A stretch of 64,000 bases of DNA from a bacterium (GTDB taxonomy: Bacteria; UBA8248), in NCBI GenBank assembly GCA_965204535.1, contig CBDBEV010000001.1:1440001-1504000 (forward strand). Direction: 5' to 3'. Position 1 is the stretch's first letter, and each line of letters opens with the position of its first letter. The notes under the pieces are model-generated. The model was not told the origin of the DNA. It saw only the letters and a program-made list of their open reading frames with translations, and made no database searches. Both the position numbers and the translations under genes were made by a program. Of this stretch, positions 37,741 through 48,136 are shown piece by piece.

Positions 37741-38543
37741 CGGGCGAAGCGCGAGGCGGCGCCATGGAACACAAACCCGTGGTCCTGGTCGAGGGCCTGC
37801 ACAAGCGCTTCGGCGCGGCTCACGTCCTCAAGGGGATCGACCTCGCGGTCGAGAGTTCACGGGTGGTCTGCGTCATCGGTCCGTCGGGTTCGGGAAAGAG
37901 CACGCTTCTGCGCTGCATGGCGTTTCTCGACCGCTACGATGAGGGCCGGGTGTTCATCGAGGGCCGGCTGCTGGGCTACCGCGAGGTCGACGGGGGGCTT
38001 GCGCCCGACAGCGAGCGCAACATCGACAGCGTGCGCAGCGTCATCGGCATGGTCTTCCAGCACTACAACCTGTGGCCGCACAAGACGGCGCTCGGCAACG
38101 TGACCGAGGCGCTTCGCGTGGTGAAGGGACTCGGCAGGCGGGAGGCGGAGGCGATCGGCATGGAGACGCTGGCGAAGGTGGGGATGGACGACAGGGCCCA
38201 CGCCTATCCGGCCCGGCTCTCGGGCGGGCAGCAGCAGCGCACCGCGATCGCCCGGGCGCTGGCGATGCGGCCGCACGTGATGTATTTCGACGAGCCGACG
38301 TCGGCGCTGGACCCCGAACTCGTGGGCGAGGTGCTTCAGGTGATGCAGGAGCTTGCGGGCGAGGGCATGACCATGGTCGTGGTCACCCACGAGATGGGAT
38401 TCGCCGCGCACGTGGCCGACGAGGTCGTGTTCATGGACGGGGGCGAGGTCATCGAGCGGGGTTCCCCGGACGATGTCTTCAAGCGGCCGCGAAGCGAGCG
38501 CCTGCGCGAGTTCCTCGATACCTGGCGGGCGCGCTCGATATGA
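37737..38543 (+). CDS. Amino acid ABC transporter ATP-binding protein
   Basis: [32 protein letters not shown]; ATGA overlap with the permease. Confidence 0.93.
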   Translation: MTGEARGGAMEHKPVVLVEGLHKRFGAAHVLKGIDLAVESSRVVCVIGPSGSGKSTLLRCMAFLDRYDEGRVFIEGRLLGYREVDGGLAPDSERNIDSVRSVIGMVFQHYNLWPHKTALGNVTEALRVVKGLGRREAEAIGMETLAKVGMDDRAHAYPARLSGGQQQRTAIARALAMRPHVMYFDEPTSALDPELVGEVLQVMQELAGEGMTMVVVTHEMGFAAHVADEVVFMDGGEVIERGSPDDVFKRPRSERLREFLDTWRARSI

Positions 38544-38650
38544 CGGCCGGGACCGGTCGGAGAAGGGCCTGAGACCGTTGCCCATCCCCTCGGCCGGACC
38601 CGAACCGGGCGGCTGAGGGTCTCGCAGGCAGGCGCGGGGTTGCCCTCGTT

Positions 38651-39121
38651 CTATTCGGCGGGCTCATCTTTGAGGTACTTGAATACCGCGTACCCCGCCG
38701 TATCGTCCGATTCATCCACCACATGCCTTATCGGAACGATCTGCAGGTTTTTCCATTGCGTGTATTCGGCGAAATCCAGGGTCTCCGCCAGAAGCAGGCC
38801 GACGGAGACAACGCGCGCGCGCCCGGTCCGATCCCTCGCCCCGAACCGGCAGTCGTATCCCCCGACAAAGGTGGAGCCTGCGGGGGACACGAGATTGGAC
38901 AGGCTGTTCAGAACGCTCTCGAGGAGCGATTTCCGTTCCACGCGTACGGAATCCGGAGACAGCGAATACCCCTTGTTCGCCGTCCATTTCGCGGCGAAGC
39001 TCCTGCAATGCCCCTGCAGGCTCACGCTCTCTTCCGGGGACGACCGCCCCCCGTGGCCTTTCCCGCCGGCGAAGCCTGCGAAAATGGCGATGGAAACGAC
39101 GCAAACGGCAAGAATTCTCAT
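38651..39121 (-). CDS. Hypothetical secreted protein
   Basis: Signal-like N-terminus; the paralogous fragment at 22244-22477 supports coding status. Confidence 0.7.
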   Translation of the reverse strand: MRILAVCVVSIAIFAGFAGGKGHGGRSSPEESVSLQGHCRSFAAKWTANKGYSLSPDSVRVERKSLLESVLNSLSNLVSPAGSTFVGGYDCRFGARDRTGRARVVSVGLLLAETLDFAEYTQWKNLQIVPIRHVVDESDDTAGYAVFKYLKDEPAE

Positions 39122-39295
39122 TTGCGCTCATCCTCTCCGCAGAAAAAAGACGGGAGGCGGGGCCGGCGACGACCCTCCGAGCGGCGGGCCGAACGCGCTG
39201 CCTTCAGGCGCTCCTGCCGGCCACCGGTCCCGTTTTCCAAAGGGCGCCACCCCTCCCTGCAAACAGGAAAAAGCCGGTAGGGGTGGCCGGCCGCT

Positions 39296-39592
39296 TCAGG
39301 GAGGCGACCCAGGGTCACGAGGAGGCGACCCGTTTTCCCCCCTGAAACGTCCTTCCCTGCAAAAGTCGCCACTCCTTCCGCTTGCGCAAGGCATTAAAGA
39401 GCGCTCGCCCGTGGCCTCCAGCGCGGCGCGGAATTTTTTCGCCAGGGAAACGTGCTGCTGGGCATCGAGAACTATCCAGCCCTCGGGCTTCAAGAACGCG
39501 CCTGCGTTCGAATCGCCGCCCTCGCCGATGAATGCGTGAACGCCCTCGGCGAGGGTCACGAGTTCCGCATCCGAATAATGCGTCATTTCCAA
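39296..39592 (-). pseudogene. Truncated MBL-fold (cyclase-like) hydrolase
   Basis: LAEGVHAFIGEGGDSNAG...GWIVLDA N-terminus; similarity ends before HxHxDH. Confidence 0.65.
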
Positions 39593-39619
39593 TCCTTATT
39601 CTACGGCCTGGACGCTCTG

Positions 39620-40393
39620 CTACCCGATCCTTTCTTCGGTGTTGAGGTACTGTCGCACCTGCCTTGTAAGGTTCGTAAATTCGAGTGTTTCCGTGGAAGC
39701 CACCGTACGCGGACGTGACAATTCAACCTTTATCTCCCCGACGATGCGGCCTGGACGCGGTGACATGACAAGAACACGGTCGGCAAGATAAACGGCTTCC
39801 GATATGCTGTGCGTTATAAAAAGGACGGTCTTGCGGCGTTTCATCCAGATGCTTTGCAGTTCACTGCTCATCTGTTCTCGCGTCATGGCGTCGAGGGCGC
39901 CAAACGGTTCGTCCATCAGCAGCAAATCAGGATCATGAATGAGCGCGCGGCAAAGGCCGACACGCTGCTGCATCCCGCCGGAAAGCTGGTGCGGATAGGC
40001 ATTCTCGAAGCCTTCGAGCGCGACCAGTTGAATCAACTCCTGCGCTGTCTCCCGGTAGTCCTCTACGCGCAGGCCCCGTATTTCGATCTGGAGGAGAATG
40101 TTCTCCAGGATCGAACGCCAAGCCATTAACAGAGGACTTTGAAAGACTACCCCGACCGAGGCTGTCGGCCCCTTTATCTCCCGCCCGTTCACCCGGATTG
40201 CCCCGCTGGATGGCGAGAGCAATCCGGAAACGAGCTTCAGAAGCGTGCTTTTCCCACAACCGCTGGGGCCGACGAGGGCGACGAACTCGCCCTCGGAAGC
40301 AAAGATGGATACATTGTCGAGCGCGTGTACATCGGCGTTCGCAGCGTGATAAGTGAGACTGACGTCGTCAATCCCGATTACCTCGCCATTCAT
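39620..40393 (-). CDS. TauB/SsuB-type ABC ATP-binding protein
   Basis: GPSGCGKST, YPHQLSGGMQQR, MDEPFGALDA.TRE, THSI.EAV.LADR. Confidence 0.93.
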   Translation of the reverse strand: MNGEVIGIDDVSLTYHAANADVHALDNVSIFASEGEFVALVGPSGCGKSTLLKLVSGLLSPSSGAIRVNGREIKGPTASVGVVFQSPLLMAWRSILENILLQIEIRGLRVEDYRETAQELIQLVALEGFENAYPHQLSGGMQQRVGLCRALIHDPDLLLMDEPFGALDAMTREQMSSELQSIWMKRRKTVLFITHSISEAVYLADRVLVMSPRPGRIVGEIKVELSRPRTVASTETLEFTNLTRQVRQYLNTEERIG

Positions 40394-40399
40394 CGTATT

Positions 40400-41419
40400 T
40401 TAGTTCTTCGGAACAAACTTGTTGCTGTAGAATTTCTCGGCTGGCAGAGACTTCTTGAGCCGTCCCGTTTTCACGAGGATCTGTACGGCATTGTCCCAAT
40501 CCGCCTTGCTCGTCCATCCGTAGGGCTTGCCCGCCGTGTTCTTCGTTCCGAGCCGTCGATGCGTCTCCTGCCATTGGAGCTTAACCGATTCCCTGCGCTT
40601 TTCCGCCGTCTTGGACAATCTCATGGCGATGTCGACAGCCTCGTCGATGTTCTCTTTCTTCACCACGTCCTTCAGCGCCCGCGCAACCGCGCGCACAAAA
40701 CGCTGCACTTGTCCGGGTTTCTCGGCAATCCTTTGCTCGTGAACCACCACGCCATGGCCCAGGGGAGAAATGCCGAAATCAGAGAATTTCATAAAGTACA
40801 CCGGCTTCCCTTTTCCCTGGCGGGCGCGCACGACGAGATCAAGCGGTGAGCCGATGACGACACTGATGAATGAATCGACTTTGCCGTTCACGAAAGTGGT
40901 GTTGCGCGTAGCGCCGCTGGTAACACGGATCTGCACTTTCTCCGGCGGAATTTTATTGACGGACAGCAAAAGGTCGAACATGGATTTGTGCCCAGCCGTC
41001 ATGGCCACCGATCTGCCAATCAGGTCCTGGGGCTTTCGAATCGGGCTGTCCTCGTGCGAAATCACGGCCCATGCTCCCTTCTGCACCACCCCGAAAACGC
41101 CCTTGAGCTTCATGCCTTTGGCGACGCCGGAGGCCATGAACATATAATCCGCAACCCCGAAATCGTCATGCTTTCCACTAATCAGACCAACCGTTTTACT
41201 GGAGCCTGCGCCTTCCTTTATGGTCACGTTCAGTTTTTCCGCCGCAAAATACCCCTTCTCCTTCGCCCAGTAGAACGGCAGATGATAGCCGGACAGTCTC
41301 CAGTCCAGGCGCAGGCTCACAGATTCTGCCGCCTGTGACGAGTGGACGGGGAAAATGCTTGCAGCCAAAAGAAATGCGGAAACAACAAGCAGCCCTTTGC
41401 GCAAAATGGAACCCATCAT
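40400..41419 (-). CDS. NMT1/THI5-like ABC substrate-binding protein
   Basis: Signal peptide; LRLDW...GYH.PFY.A.EKGYF..E.L.V.I..G.GS. Confidence 0.88.
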   Translation of the reverse strand: MMGSILRKGLLVVSAFLLAASIFPVHSSQAAESVSLRLDWRLSGYHLPFYWAKEKGYFAAEKLNVTIKEGAGSSKTVGLISGKHDDFGVADYMFMASGVAKGMKLKGVFGVVQKGAWAVISHEDSPIRKPQDLIGRSVAMTAGHKSMFDLLLSVNKIPPEKVQIRVTSGATRNTTFVNGKVDSFISVVIGSPLDLVVRARQGKGKPVYFMKFSDFGISPLGHGVVVHEQRIAEKPGQVQRFVRAVARALKDVVKKENIDEAVDIAMRLSKTAEKRRESVKLQWQETHRRLGTKNTAGKPYGWTSKADWDNAVQILVKTGRLKKSLPAEKFYSNKFVPKN

Positions 41420-41436
41420 CTTACAATCCTCCTTTA

Positions 41437-42300
41437 TTAGGATTGGTAGGCAGTCGTCGACTCGATCCGAACCGAGACGTGCCAGGGAATCAAGAGACGT
41501 TCCAGTTTTGAGACTATGGAGAACAAAATGACGCCCATGGCGATCAATACGAAAAGCGCCGCCCAGATCAGCGGTCCGTCAAGATCGCCTGCGGATGTAA
41601 GGAGCAAAAAACCCACCCCTTTGTCGGACCCGACGAACTCCCCGACGATGGCCCCGACAACCGAAAAACATATGGCGATCTTGAAACCGCCGAACATCTG
41701 GGGCAGCGCCGCCGGGCCTCTAACCTTGAGCATGATTTTGGGGGTTTTGGCCCCCATCGAGCGAACGAGATCGATCATGTCGTTCTCGACGCCTTTCAGC
41801 CCGACGATCGTCGACACGATGATCGGAAAGAACGAGATCAGGAACACGACCGCGATCTTCGGTAATATCCCGAATCCAAGCCAAACGACCAGTATGGGCG
41901 CAATCGCAACCTTCGGTATCGTTTGGGACATCACGAGAAACGGCATCAGCATACGTTCGATGCTGCGGCTGCAAACGACCCAAAATGCAAGTGGTACGCC
42001 TATCAGGACGCTGGCCGAGAAACCCAATAGCACGGATTGCAGCGTATAGAAGCATTCGTCGGCTAATCTGCGCCACTCCTCACCGAGCCGTACCACCACG
42101 TCCAGGGGCGCCGGCAACAGGTACTCCGGGATCTCGAATACCTTTACCGCAGCCGACCACAACACCAGGGCCACGGCAACAGCCATGACCGGCATCAAGA
42201 TGTCCAAGGCTCTCTCGCGCCGGGCCGAATTGGCTTTGAAGACGTTCCACGAGGAAGGCATCGTTCTCCGTGCTCTGCCATCAGAGGAGTCGGCTGCCAT
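41437..42300 (-). CDS. TauC/SsuC-type ABC permease
   Basis: LLPAP, Q.IPKVAIAP...WLGFG, FFPI, VVGAIVGEF; start uncertain. Confidence 0.9.
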   Translation of the reverse strand: MAADSSDGRARRTMPSSWNVFKANSARRERALDILMPVMAVAVALVLWSAAVKVFEIPEYLLPAPLDVVVRLGEEWRRLADECFYTLQSVLLGFSASVLIGVPLAFWVVCSRSIERMLMPFLVMSQTIPKVAIAPILVVWLGFGILPKIAVVFLISFFPIIVSTIVGLKGVENDMIDLVRSMGAKTPKIMLKVRGPAALPQMFGGFKIAICFSVVGAIVGEFVGSDKGVGFLLLTSAGDLDGPLIWAALFVLIAMGVILFSIVSKLERLLIPWHVSVRIESTTAYQS

Positions 42301-42503
42301 CGGTTCGTCTTTCTCCGGGCTCAGGGAGGAAGTGTCGGGATAATCGGCTCGATCGCTCAAGAGAAGAATTATCCGCAGCCTGGCCCGCTGGTACTATTGA
42401 GAATGATTAGATGCCTGATCGTAGCGATAACGCGGCCATCGGTCAATCTCATGAACCTCGTCGGTTTCGTCGCCGGACTTGTGATTACGACACGAACCCG
42501 GGG

Positions 42504-43844
42504 TCAAACGGCGAGGTTTTCTCGCAGAGTCTTGCCCCCATACGATTTCCTGTACCTCCCCCGTCTTTGCAATTCGGGAACCAGGTAATCCACAATGTTG
42601 AGCATAATCTCGCGCGGCCCGGCCTGGGACTGCTTGACCATGAAGCCGCCGCGACTCCCGGTCGCTTCGAATATCTCTTCGAAACGATCGGCAATCTGTG
42701 CCGCCGTACCGGTGACCGCGGTGGCGTAACCCGTTGCCGACTCGAGTCCATGCCGGAAGAATTCGTCGCGATCAATCTCGGCGTGCTCGCCGTATTTGTG
42801 CGCCAGTTGATTGACGAAACCCACCGGAGAAGCCTGCGCGGCGACGATTCGTTCCTGAAGTTCCGCCAGGGAGAATCGCGGCGGAAGTTTGGACAAGTCG
42901 TAGCCGGTATTGTGTGACAGCCATACTCCGACGGCTTCCATAGGCACATCGGAAATCAGCGCTTCTCGCAGCGCATGCGCCTGTTTCTCGGTTTCACCGA
43001 CGATGGCCCTGAGTGCCCAGATGATGCCGACCTCTTGCGGGTCCCGCCCCTCTGCGAGGAGAGCGTCATCAAGATCTTGTCGTTGCTTCGTCATAAGCGG
43101 CAACGTTTTGGTTCTGCCAAAAACATGATCGGCAACATGAGCGGCGCCTTTGACGCCGCGCGGAGAGCCTCCGGCCTGTATGATTACGGGACTTCCCTGA
43201 GGAGACGGAACGACGCTTAGTGGCCCCTTGACCTTGAAAAACTTTCCCTCGTGATTGATCGGATGAACTTTGGCAGGGTCGGCGATCCGGCCCGAAGCCT
43301 TGTCCCAGAAGAAAGCATCCGCCTCGACGCTATTCCACAACGCCCGACAGACGTCGATAAACTCTTCCAGCCGCTCGTAGCGCTCACCATGCTCCGGCAG
43401 CCCGTCGTAGCCATAGTTCGCAAAATCGGAACGGCGCGCCGAGGTGATGACGTTAAAGGCCATTCGACCGTTGGTGATATGGTCCAGGGAATTCAAAAGA
43501 CGCGCCGTATAAAATGGATGCATAAAGCTGGATGAGTACGTCAAGCCGAACCCGAGATGTTTGGTGACGCGTGACATCGCAACAATCCACGGACTCATGT
43601 CGAATCTTGGCCATGCGACGCCGTAGCTGACCGCATCGTCAATCGAGTCTTTCCACATGTCGGGAATGCCTGTCGAGTCTCCAACAAAGATGAGGTCAAG
43701 ACCGCCACGCTCCGCGACGCGCGCAATTTCCTCGAACATGCCGATATTTGGATGGTGGCGATCTACCCAAGTACCCGGATTCCTCCAATTGGTCTCTACC
43801 TCGGTCCACGAGATATCAAATGCCAATTGGATACGCTTCTTCAT
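42504..43844 (-). CDS. NtaA/DmoA/SnaA family FMN-dependent monooxygenase
   Basis: AERG..D..F.GD, PFYTAR...SLDH.T.GR.AFNVITS, H.G.FFKV.GPL, P..IQAG.S.RG, VPELQRRG, TLRENL. Confidence 0.9.
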   Translation of the reverse strand: MKKRIQLAFDISWTEVETNWRNPGTWVDRHHPNIGMFEEIARVAERGGLDLIFVGDSTGIPDMWKDSIDDAVSYGVAWPRFDMSPWIVAMSRVTKHLGFGLTYSSSFMHPFYTARLLNSLDHITNGRMAFNVITSARRSDFANYGYDGLPEHGERYERLEEFIDVCRALWNSVEADAFFWDKASGRIADPAKVHPINHEGKFFKVKGPLSVVPSPQGSPVIIQAGGSPRGVKGAAHVADHVFGRTKTLPLMTKQRQDLDDALLAEGRDPQEVGIIWALRAIVGETEKQAHALREALISDVPMEAVGVWLSHNTGYDLSKLPPRFSLAELQERIVAAQASPVGFVNQLAHKYGEHAEIDRDEFFRHGLESATGYATAVTGTAAQIADRFEEIFEATGSRGGFMVKQSQAGPREIMLNIVDYLVPELQRRGRYRKSYGGKTLRENLAV

Positions 43845-44089
43845 TTCGTTTTCCCCAGTATTTGACTATTGTTCTCACTCTCGTCGGTAAGCCGACGATG
43901 TCCGAGATTTTCCGTTTGCCTTATTTACCGCGAAGTTTACTACGACTGGATGTAATCTGCCAGAACGGGCTCGATTGAGGCGCGGCCGAGAGTTGGTGAA
44001 CAGGAAAATGGACTCCCTCCCTTCTTTGCCACCCCGAAGTCGAGTGAAAAGTATTTACAACACCAAAAGGAGGTTATATTGGAATTTCA

Positions 44090-44110
44090 GAATCGCATTT
44101 GATGCGATTC
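44090..44110. promoter_or_regulatory. Palindrome, possible operator upstream of the monooxygenase operon
   Basis: gaatcgcat-ttg-atgcgattc. Confidence 0.3.
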
Positions 44111-44779
44111 GGGCTCCGTCACTCAACGCGGAGGACCAGTGGTTCCTGATCCAAACTTGTGGGCCAGACTTTGGAGGTCAGTTGCAAAACTGTCCGACAG
44201 GAACAAACATTCAGTCGTCAAGTGAGATTGTTGCCAGAGACAGTTGTTAATATTGTGCGGTGAAGTCGGCTTGGGCCAGTGCTTTCTCGACCGTCATCAC
44301 TCCACGACTGAATGCTTACCGAATCTTCACGGACGCCCGCCCGCCGTGATGCGCGCGAGTTGTAACGAGTCCGCTTTCGGCTTGATTACATGTTGCGCAA
44401 GAGGGATTCTGGAGGAGACTGGAAAAACCGTCTATCCCAAAGGATTTCAGCTGATTATGAGAATTCTTCGACCGTTGGACATTGCTTGATGTCTCTGAAA
44501 TTCGATAAAATTGGATAAATTCACGGGGTTTTTCGATAAATGCACGAGGCAAAAATACCCATTATCTATTGAAATCTTTAATGGATGCAGCCGTATTTCG
44601 CGCATCCGGCCCGTCGCCCGAAGAACTCGATTTCGACAGGGCGGGACGCTACGGTATTTTGCATTGGACGATGGGAGAATAGAATGGTAAATTCCGATTT
44701 GTCTTGATGGTAGAGTGTTTTGACCTCGCGGGGTTCGGAAGACGGGCGAGGCGTTGAATTTATGGGGAGAATGCGACTC

Positions 44780-45061
44780 ATGCGAAAAATGGCTGGTATC
44801 TTTCTGGCGGTTGGAGTGGTTTTCGTGGTTGCGGGGTGTTCGACGCCCGAGCACAACGTCTGGTTCAAGCGCGGCGTGGGCGTAAAAATGGACCAGGCTG
44901 TGAAGGACCTGAAAAGTTGCGCGATGAAGGAAGAGTTCATATTCGATGCGAAGGCCAAAGGCGGTGCCGAAGTGACCAGTTCCGCGACGTCTTATGCGCA
45001 GAGCAATTTCGATTCGTGCATGATGGCCAAGGGCTTCAAGAAGAAGAAAATGATGAAATAA
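44780..45061 (+). CDS. Small lipoprotein
   Basis: Lipobox VAGC; W.K.G...DL..C and F.SCM..KGF motifs. Confidence 0.75.
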   Translation: MRKMAGIFLAVGVVFVVAGCSTPEHNVWFKRGVGVKMDQAVKDLKSCAMKEEFIFDAKAKGGAEVTSSATSYAQSNFDSCMMAKGFKKKKMMK

Positions 45062-45240
45062 ATTCCGAGGGCGTATGCGGCGAGCTTGCCGGAGGATTGA
45101 AGCGAACTCCCGACGCGCCTTCTTGATGGGTTGTTTCGCAAGCCTCGAAGAGCCGGAGAATTCGTTCTCCGGTTCTTTTGTTCTAGGACGTGAGCGCATC
45201 ACAACGAATATCAATGAAATCCGAAGAGCAGGAGACGAGA

Positions 45241-45813
45241 ATGAACCAGGGCGAGGGGCCGTCCCGTCGCGAAGTCGAGCGGGCGGCCGAACTGAAAACT
45301 TTCGAGGACCACCGCGCCGAGGGGCCGGACGCCGTCACGTGCGGCGTCCTCACGGTGAGCGACACGCGCACCGAAGAGAGCGACACGAGCGGAAAGTTGA
45401 TCATGAACATGCTGGGCGACATGGGCCACAAGGTCGCCTTCTACCGCATCGTGAAGGATGAGCCGGACCAGATTCGCGAAGCCCTGCTCGAGGCGTGCGC
45501 CGACCCCGGCATCCAGGTGGTGATATCGAACGGGGGGACGGGCATCACCAAACGGGATACGACGTACGACGTCGTCGTCTCGCTCCTTGAGAAGGAAATG
45601 CCCGGCTTCGGCGAGTTGTTCCGGCACGTGAGTTTCGAGGAAATCGGCACGGCCGCCATGCTCACCCGCGCGACGGCGGGCACTTGCCGCGACACCATCA
45701 TCATGACGCTGCCCGGCTCGGGGAACGCCTGCCGCACGGGAATGGAAAAAATCATCCTTCCCGAGATCAGCCACATGGTGCGGGAGGTCCTGAAGCCCTC
45801 AGGCATTCCGTAA
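45241..45813 (+). CDS. moaB: Molybdenum cofactor biosynthesis protein B (MoaB/MogA)
   Basis: LTVSDTRT...D.SG, GGTG...RD.T, PGFGELFR, LPGS. Confidence 0.88.
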   Translation: MNQGEGPSRREVERAAELKTFEDHRAEGPDAVTCGVLTVSDTRTEESDTSGKLIMNMLGDMGHKVAFYRIVKDEPDQIREALLEACADPGIQVVISNGGTGITKRDTTYDVVVSLLEKEMPGFGELFRHVSFEEIGTAAMLTRATAGTCRDTIIMTLPGSGNACRTGMEKIILPEISHMVREVLKPSGIP

Positions 45814-45872
45814 TGGATACGGGAAGCCGACTCGCGGCTGAATGAGAAAGTCCTCGATCAGCCCCGGAATGC

Positions 45873-46260
45873 GGTTGTTGAGAAAGCCCCTCGCGGATCG
45901 CGATAGTTCTGTCGGGGCGGACCCGTGTGTCCGCCCATTCGCTCGGACGAAAACACTGAAAACGGGAGCACACGCAGTCAGGCATATATGTCTGACCCCT
46001 ACGGGGTACTCATTATTAGTGTAGGGACAGGTCGCGACCTGTCCCTACAGATAATGATGACCGAAACACGTGGACAGGCACAGGGGCCTGTCCCTACAGG
46101 AGGGGCAAACCCGAGCCGGGGGGATGTTCATGTTTTGCCGACACCTTTGAAATTCACTTCTTCCTGACCGCTTGCCCTCCCTCAAGAAAAGCAACCCCCC
46201 TGTCCCCCCTTGTCAGGGGGTAGAAAACCGATGCCCCCCGACGAGGCCTTTCCAACAGCC
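45873..46260. mobile_element. MITE with degenerate TGTTGA.AAAG ends, target duplication and REP cargo
   Basis: ggttgttgagaaagcc...ggcctttccaacagcc; ccggaatgc at 45864-45872 and 46261-46269. Confidence 0.7.
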
Positions 46261-46426
46261 CCGGAATGCGGGGATGCACCGGGCGAAATGGAGCGCAGGC
46301 CTCGCCTGATCCACCCGGCGGCGTATTCACGTCGGTCAAGTTGACACGAGATATCCAAAAGACTAGTTTTAACGCGCATTTTGCACGGGGCAGAGGCTCC
46401 TTTCGCTCCAGATGAGGTTCGTTTCC

Positions 46427-46912
46427 ATGGAAAGTCACGCGGTATACCCGGGAACCTTCGATCCGCCGACGAAAGGGCATTTCGACGTCGTTCGCCGGAG
46501 CCAGAGGCTTTTCTCAAAAGTTACCGTGGCCATCTCCGTTCACCCCTCGAAAACGCCGCTGTTCAGTTTCGAGGAGCGCAGGAATTTCTTCCTGGAAGAA
46601 TTCGAGGCATCGAACCAGATCGAGGTCGCGAGCTTCGAGCGTGAACTGCTCGTGGATTTCGCCATGAAAGTGAATGCCCAGGCCATCATTCGCGGCCTGC
46701 GCGCCGTGAGCGATTTTGATTACGAGATGCAGATGACGCTCATGAACAGAAGGCTGAACGAGGAGATCGAAACGATTTTCCTCATGCCCAGCGAACAGTA
46801 CAGTTTCCTCAGTTCCAGCCTCGTCAAGGAAGTCGCTTCACTCGGCGGAGACGTGGGTGAACACGTGTCCGCTTCTGTACGGGAAGCGCTCGGCGAGCGG
46901 TTCCACAGCTGA
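46427..46912 (+). CDS. coaD: Phosphopantetheine adenylyltransferase
   Basis: YPGTFDP.T.GH, RGLRAVSDFDYE, SSSLVKEVA. Confidence 0.96.
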   Translation: MESHAVYPGTFDPPTKGHFDVVRRSQRLFSKVTVAISVHPSKTPLFSFEERRNFFLEEFEASNQIEVASFERELLVDFAMKVNAQAIIRGLRAVSDFDYEMQMTLMNRRLNEEIETIFLMPSEQYSFLSSSLVKEVASLGGDVGEHVSASVREALGERFHS

Positions 46913-46939
46913 ATTCATTTTCTAACCCTGGAGTTATTC

Positions 46940-48136
46940 ATGCGTTTTGCATCCCGAATGAGCAAGTTGTCTCCCATCCCCACGCTGGCGATGAACACCA
47001 AGGCGGCGGAAATGAAGGCACAAGGCGTCGACGTCATCTCGTTCGCGGCGGGAGAACCCGATTTCGATACCCCCGAGCATATCAAGGAAGGGGCCATCCA
47101 GGGTCTGCGCGACGGCGCCACGAAATACACGGCGGTTCGGGGCATACCCTCCCTCCGAGAGGCGATTTGCGATTGGGCCGAGGAGCACAAGGGTCTCCGG
47201 TATGACCCGAAAACGGAAGCGATCGTCACCGTGGGCGGGAAGCAATCGGTCTTCAACGCCCTGCACGTCCTCGTCGAGGAGGGCGATGAGGTCGTCATCC
47301 CAGCGCCCATCTGGGTGGCGTACGAGCCCGTCGCCACCCTGACCGGGGCGAAACCGGTTCTGGTGGAGACCAGTGAGGAAAACGGCCACAAGATGACGGC
47401 CGCGCAGTTGCGCGAGGCCGTGAATGAGCGGACGAAAATCGTGGTGATCAACAGCCCGTGCAACCCTTCGGGATGCGTCTACAGCCGCGAGGAGTTGGAG
47501 GCGATCGCCGAGGTGGTTTTATCGACCGGCGCGATGGTCATGTCCGATGAGATTTACGGGAAAATCACCTATGACGGCGAGGCGCATTACTCGATCGCCG
47601 GTTTTTCCCCCGAGATGAAGGCGCGCACCCTCGTTTTGGACGGGTTCTCGAAAACCTACGCGATGACGGGCTGGCGGCTGGGCTATACGCTCGGGAGCTC
47701 TGAAATCATCGAGGCCATGGACACGCTGCAGGGCCAGAGCACGAGCAACGCCACCTCCTTCGCCCAATTCGGCGGGGTGGCGGCCTTGAGGGGCTCGCAT
47801 GAGTTCGTGAACGAATGGCTCGCGCAATACGACGCGAGGAGAAAGGCGATCGTCGAGGGACTGAACTCAATCGACGGGCTCAGCGTCGTGAATCCCAAGG
47901 GTGCGTTTTACGCCTTCCCCCGGGTGAGCGGTGTGTTCGGGCGACGGGGGCCGGACGGAGTATTGAAAAATTCAATGGATGTGGGGCTGTACCTCCTCGA
48001 ACACGCCCACTGCGCCGGCGTCCCCGGCGCCGGTTTCGGCGCGGATGACTACGTGCGTTTCTCCTACGCGACTTCTCTGGAAAACGTCAAAGAAGGGATT
48101 GAGCGAATCAGAGCGGCCTTGGGACAGCTTGGTTGA
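46940..48136 (+). CDS. aspC: Aspartate aminotransferase (class I/II PLP-dependent)
   Basis: GEPDFDTP, NSP.NPSG, SDEIY, SKTYAMTGWRLG, GAFY.F, RFSYA. Confidence 0.88.
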   Translation: MRFASRMSKLSPIPTLAMNTKAAEMKAQGVDVISFAAGEPDFDTPEHIKEGAIQGLRDGATKYTAVRGIPSLREAICDWAEEHKGLRYDPKTEAIVTVGGKQSVFNALHVLVEEGDEVVIPAPIWVAYEPVATLTGAKPVLVETSEENGHKMTAAQLREAVNERTKIVVINSPCNPSGCVYSREELEAIAEVVLSTGAMVMSDEIYGKITYDGEAHYSIAGFSPEMKARTLVLDGFSKTYAMTGWRLGYTLGSSEIIEAMDTLQGQSTSNATSFAQFGGVAALRGSHEFVNEWLAQYDARRKAIVEGLNSIDGLSVVNPKGAFYAFPRVSGVFGRRGPDGVLKNSMDVGLYLLEHAHCAGVPGAGFGADDYVRFSYATSLENVKEGIERIRAALGQLG

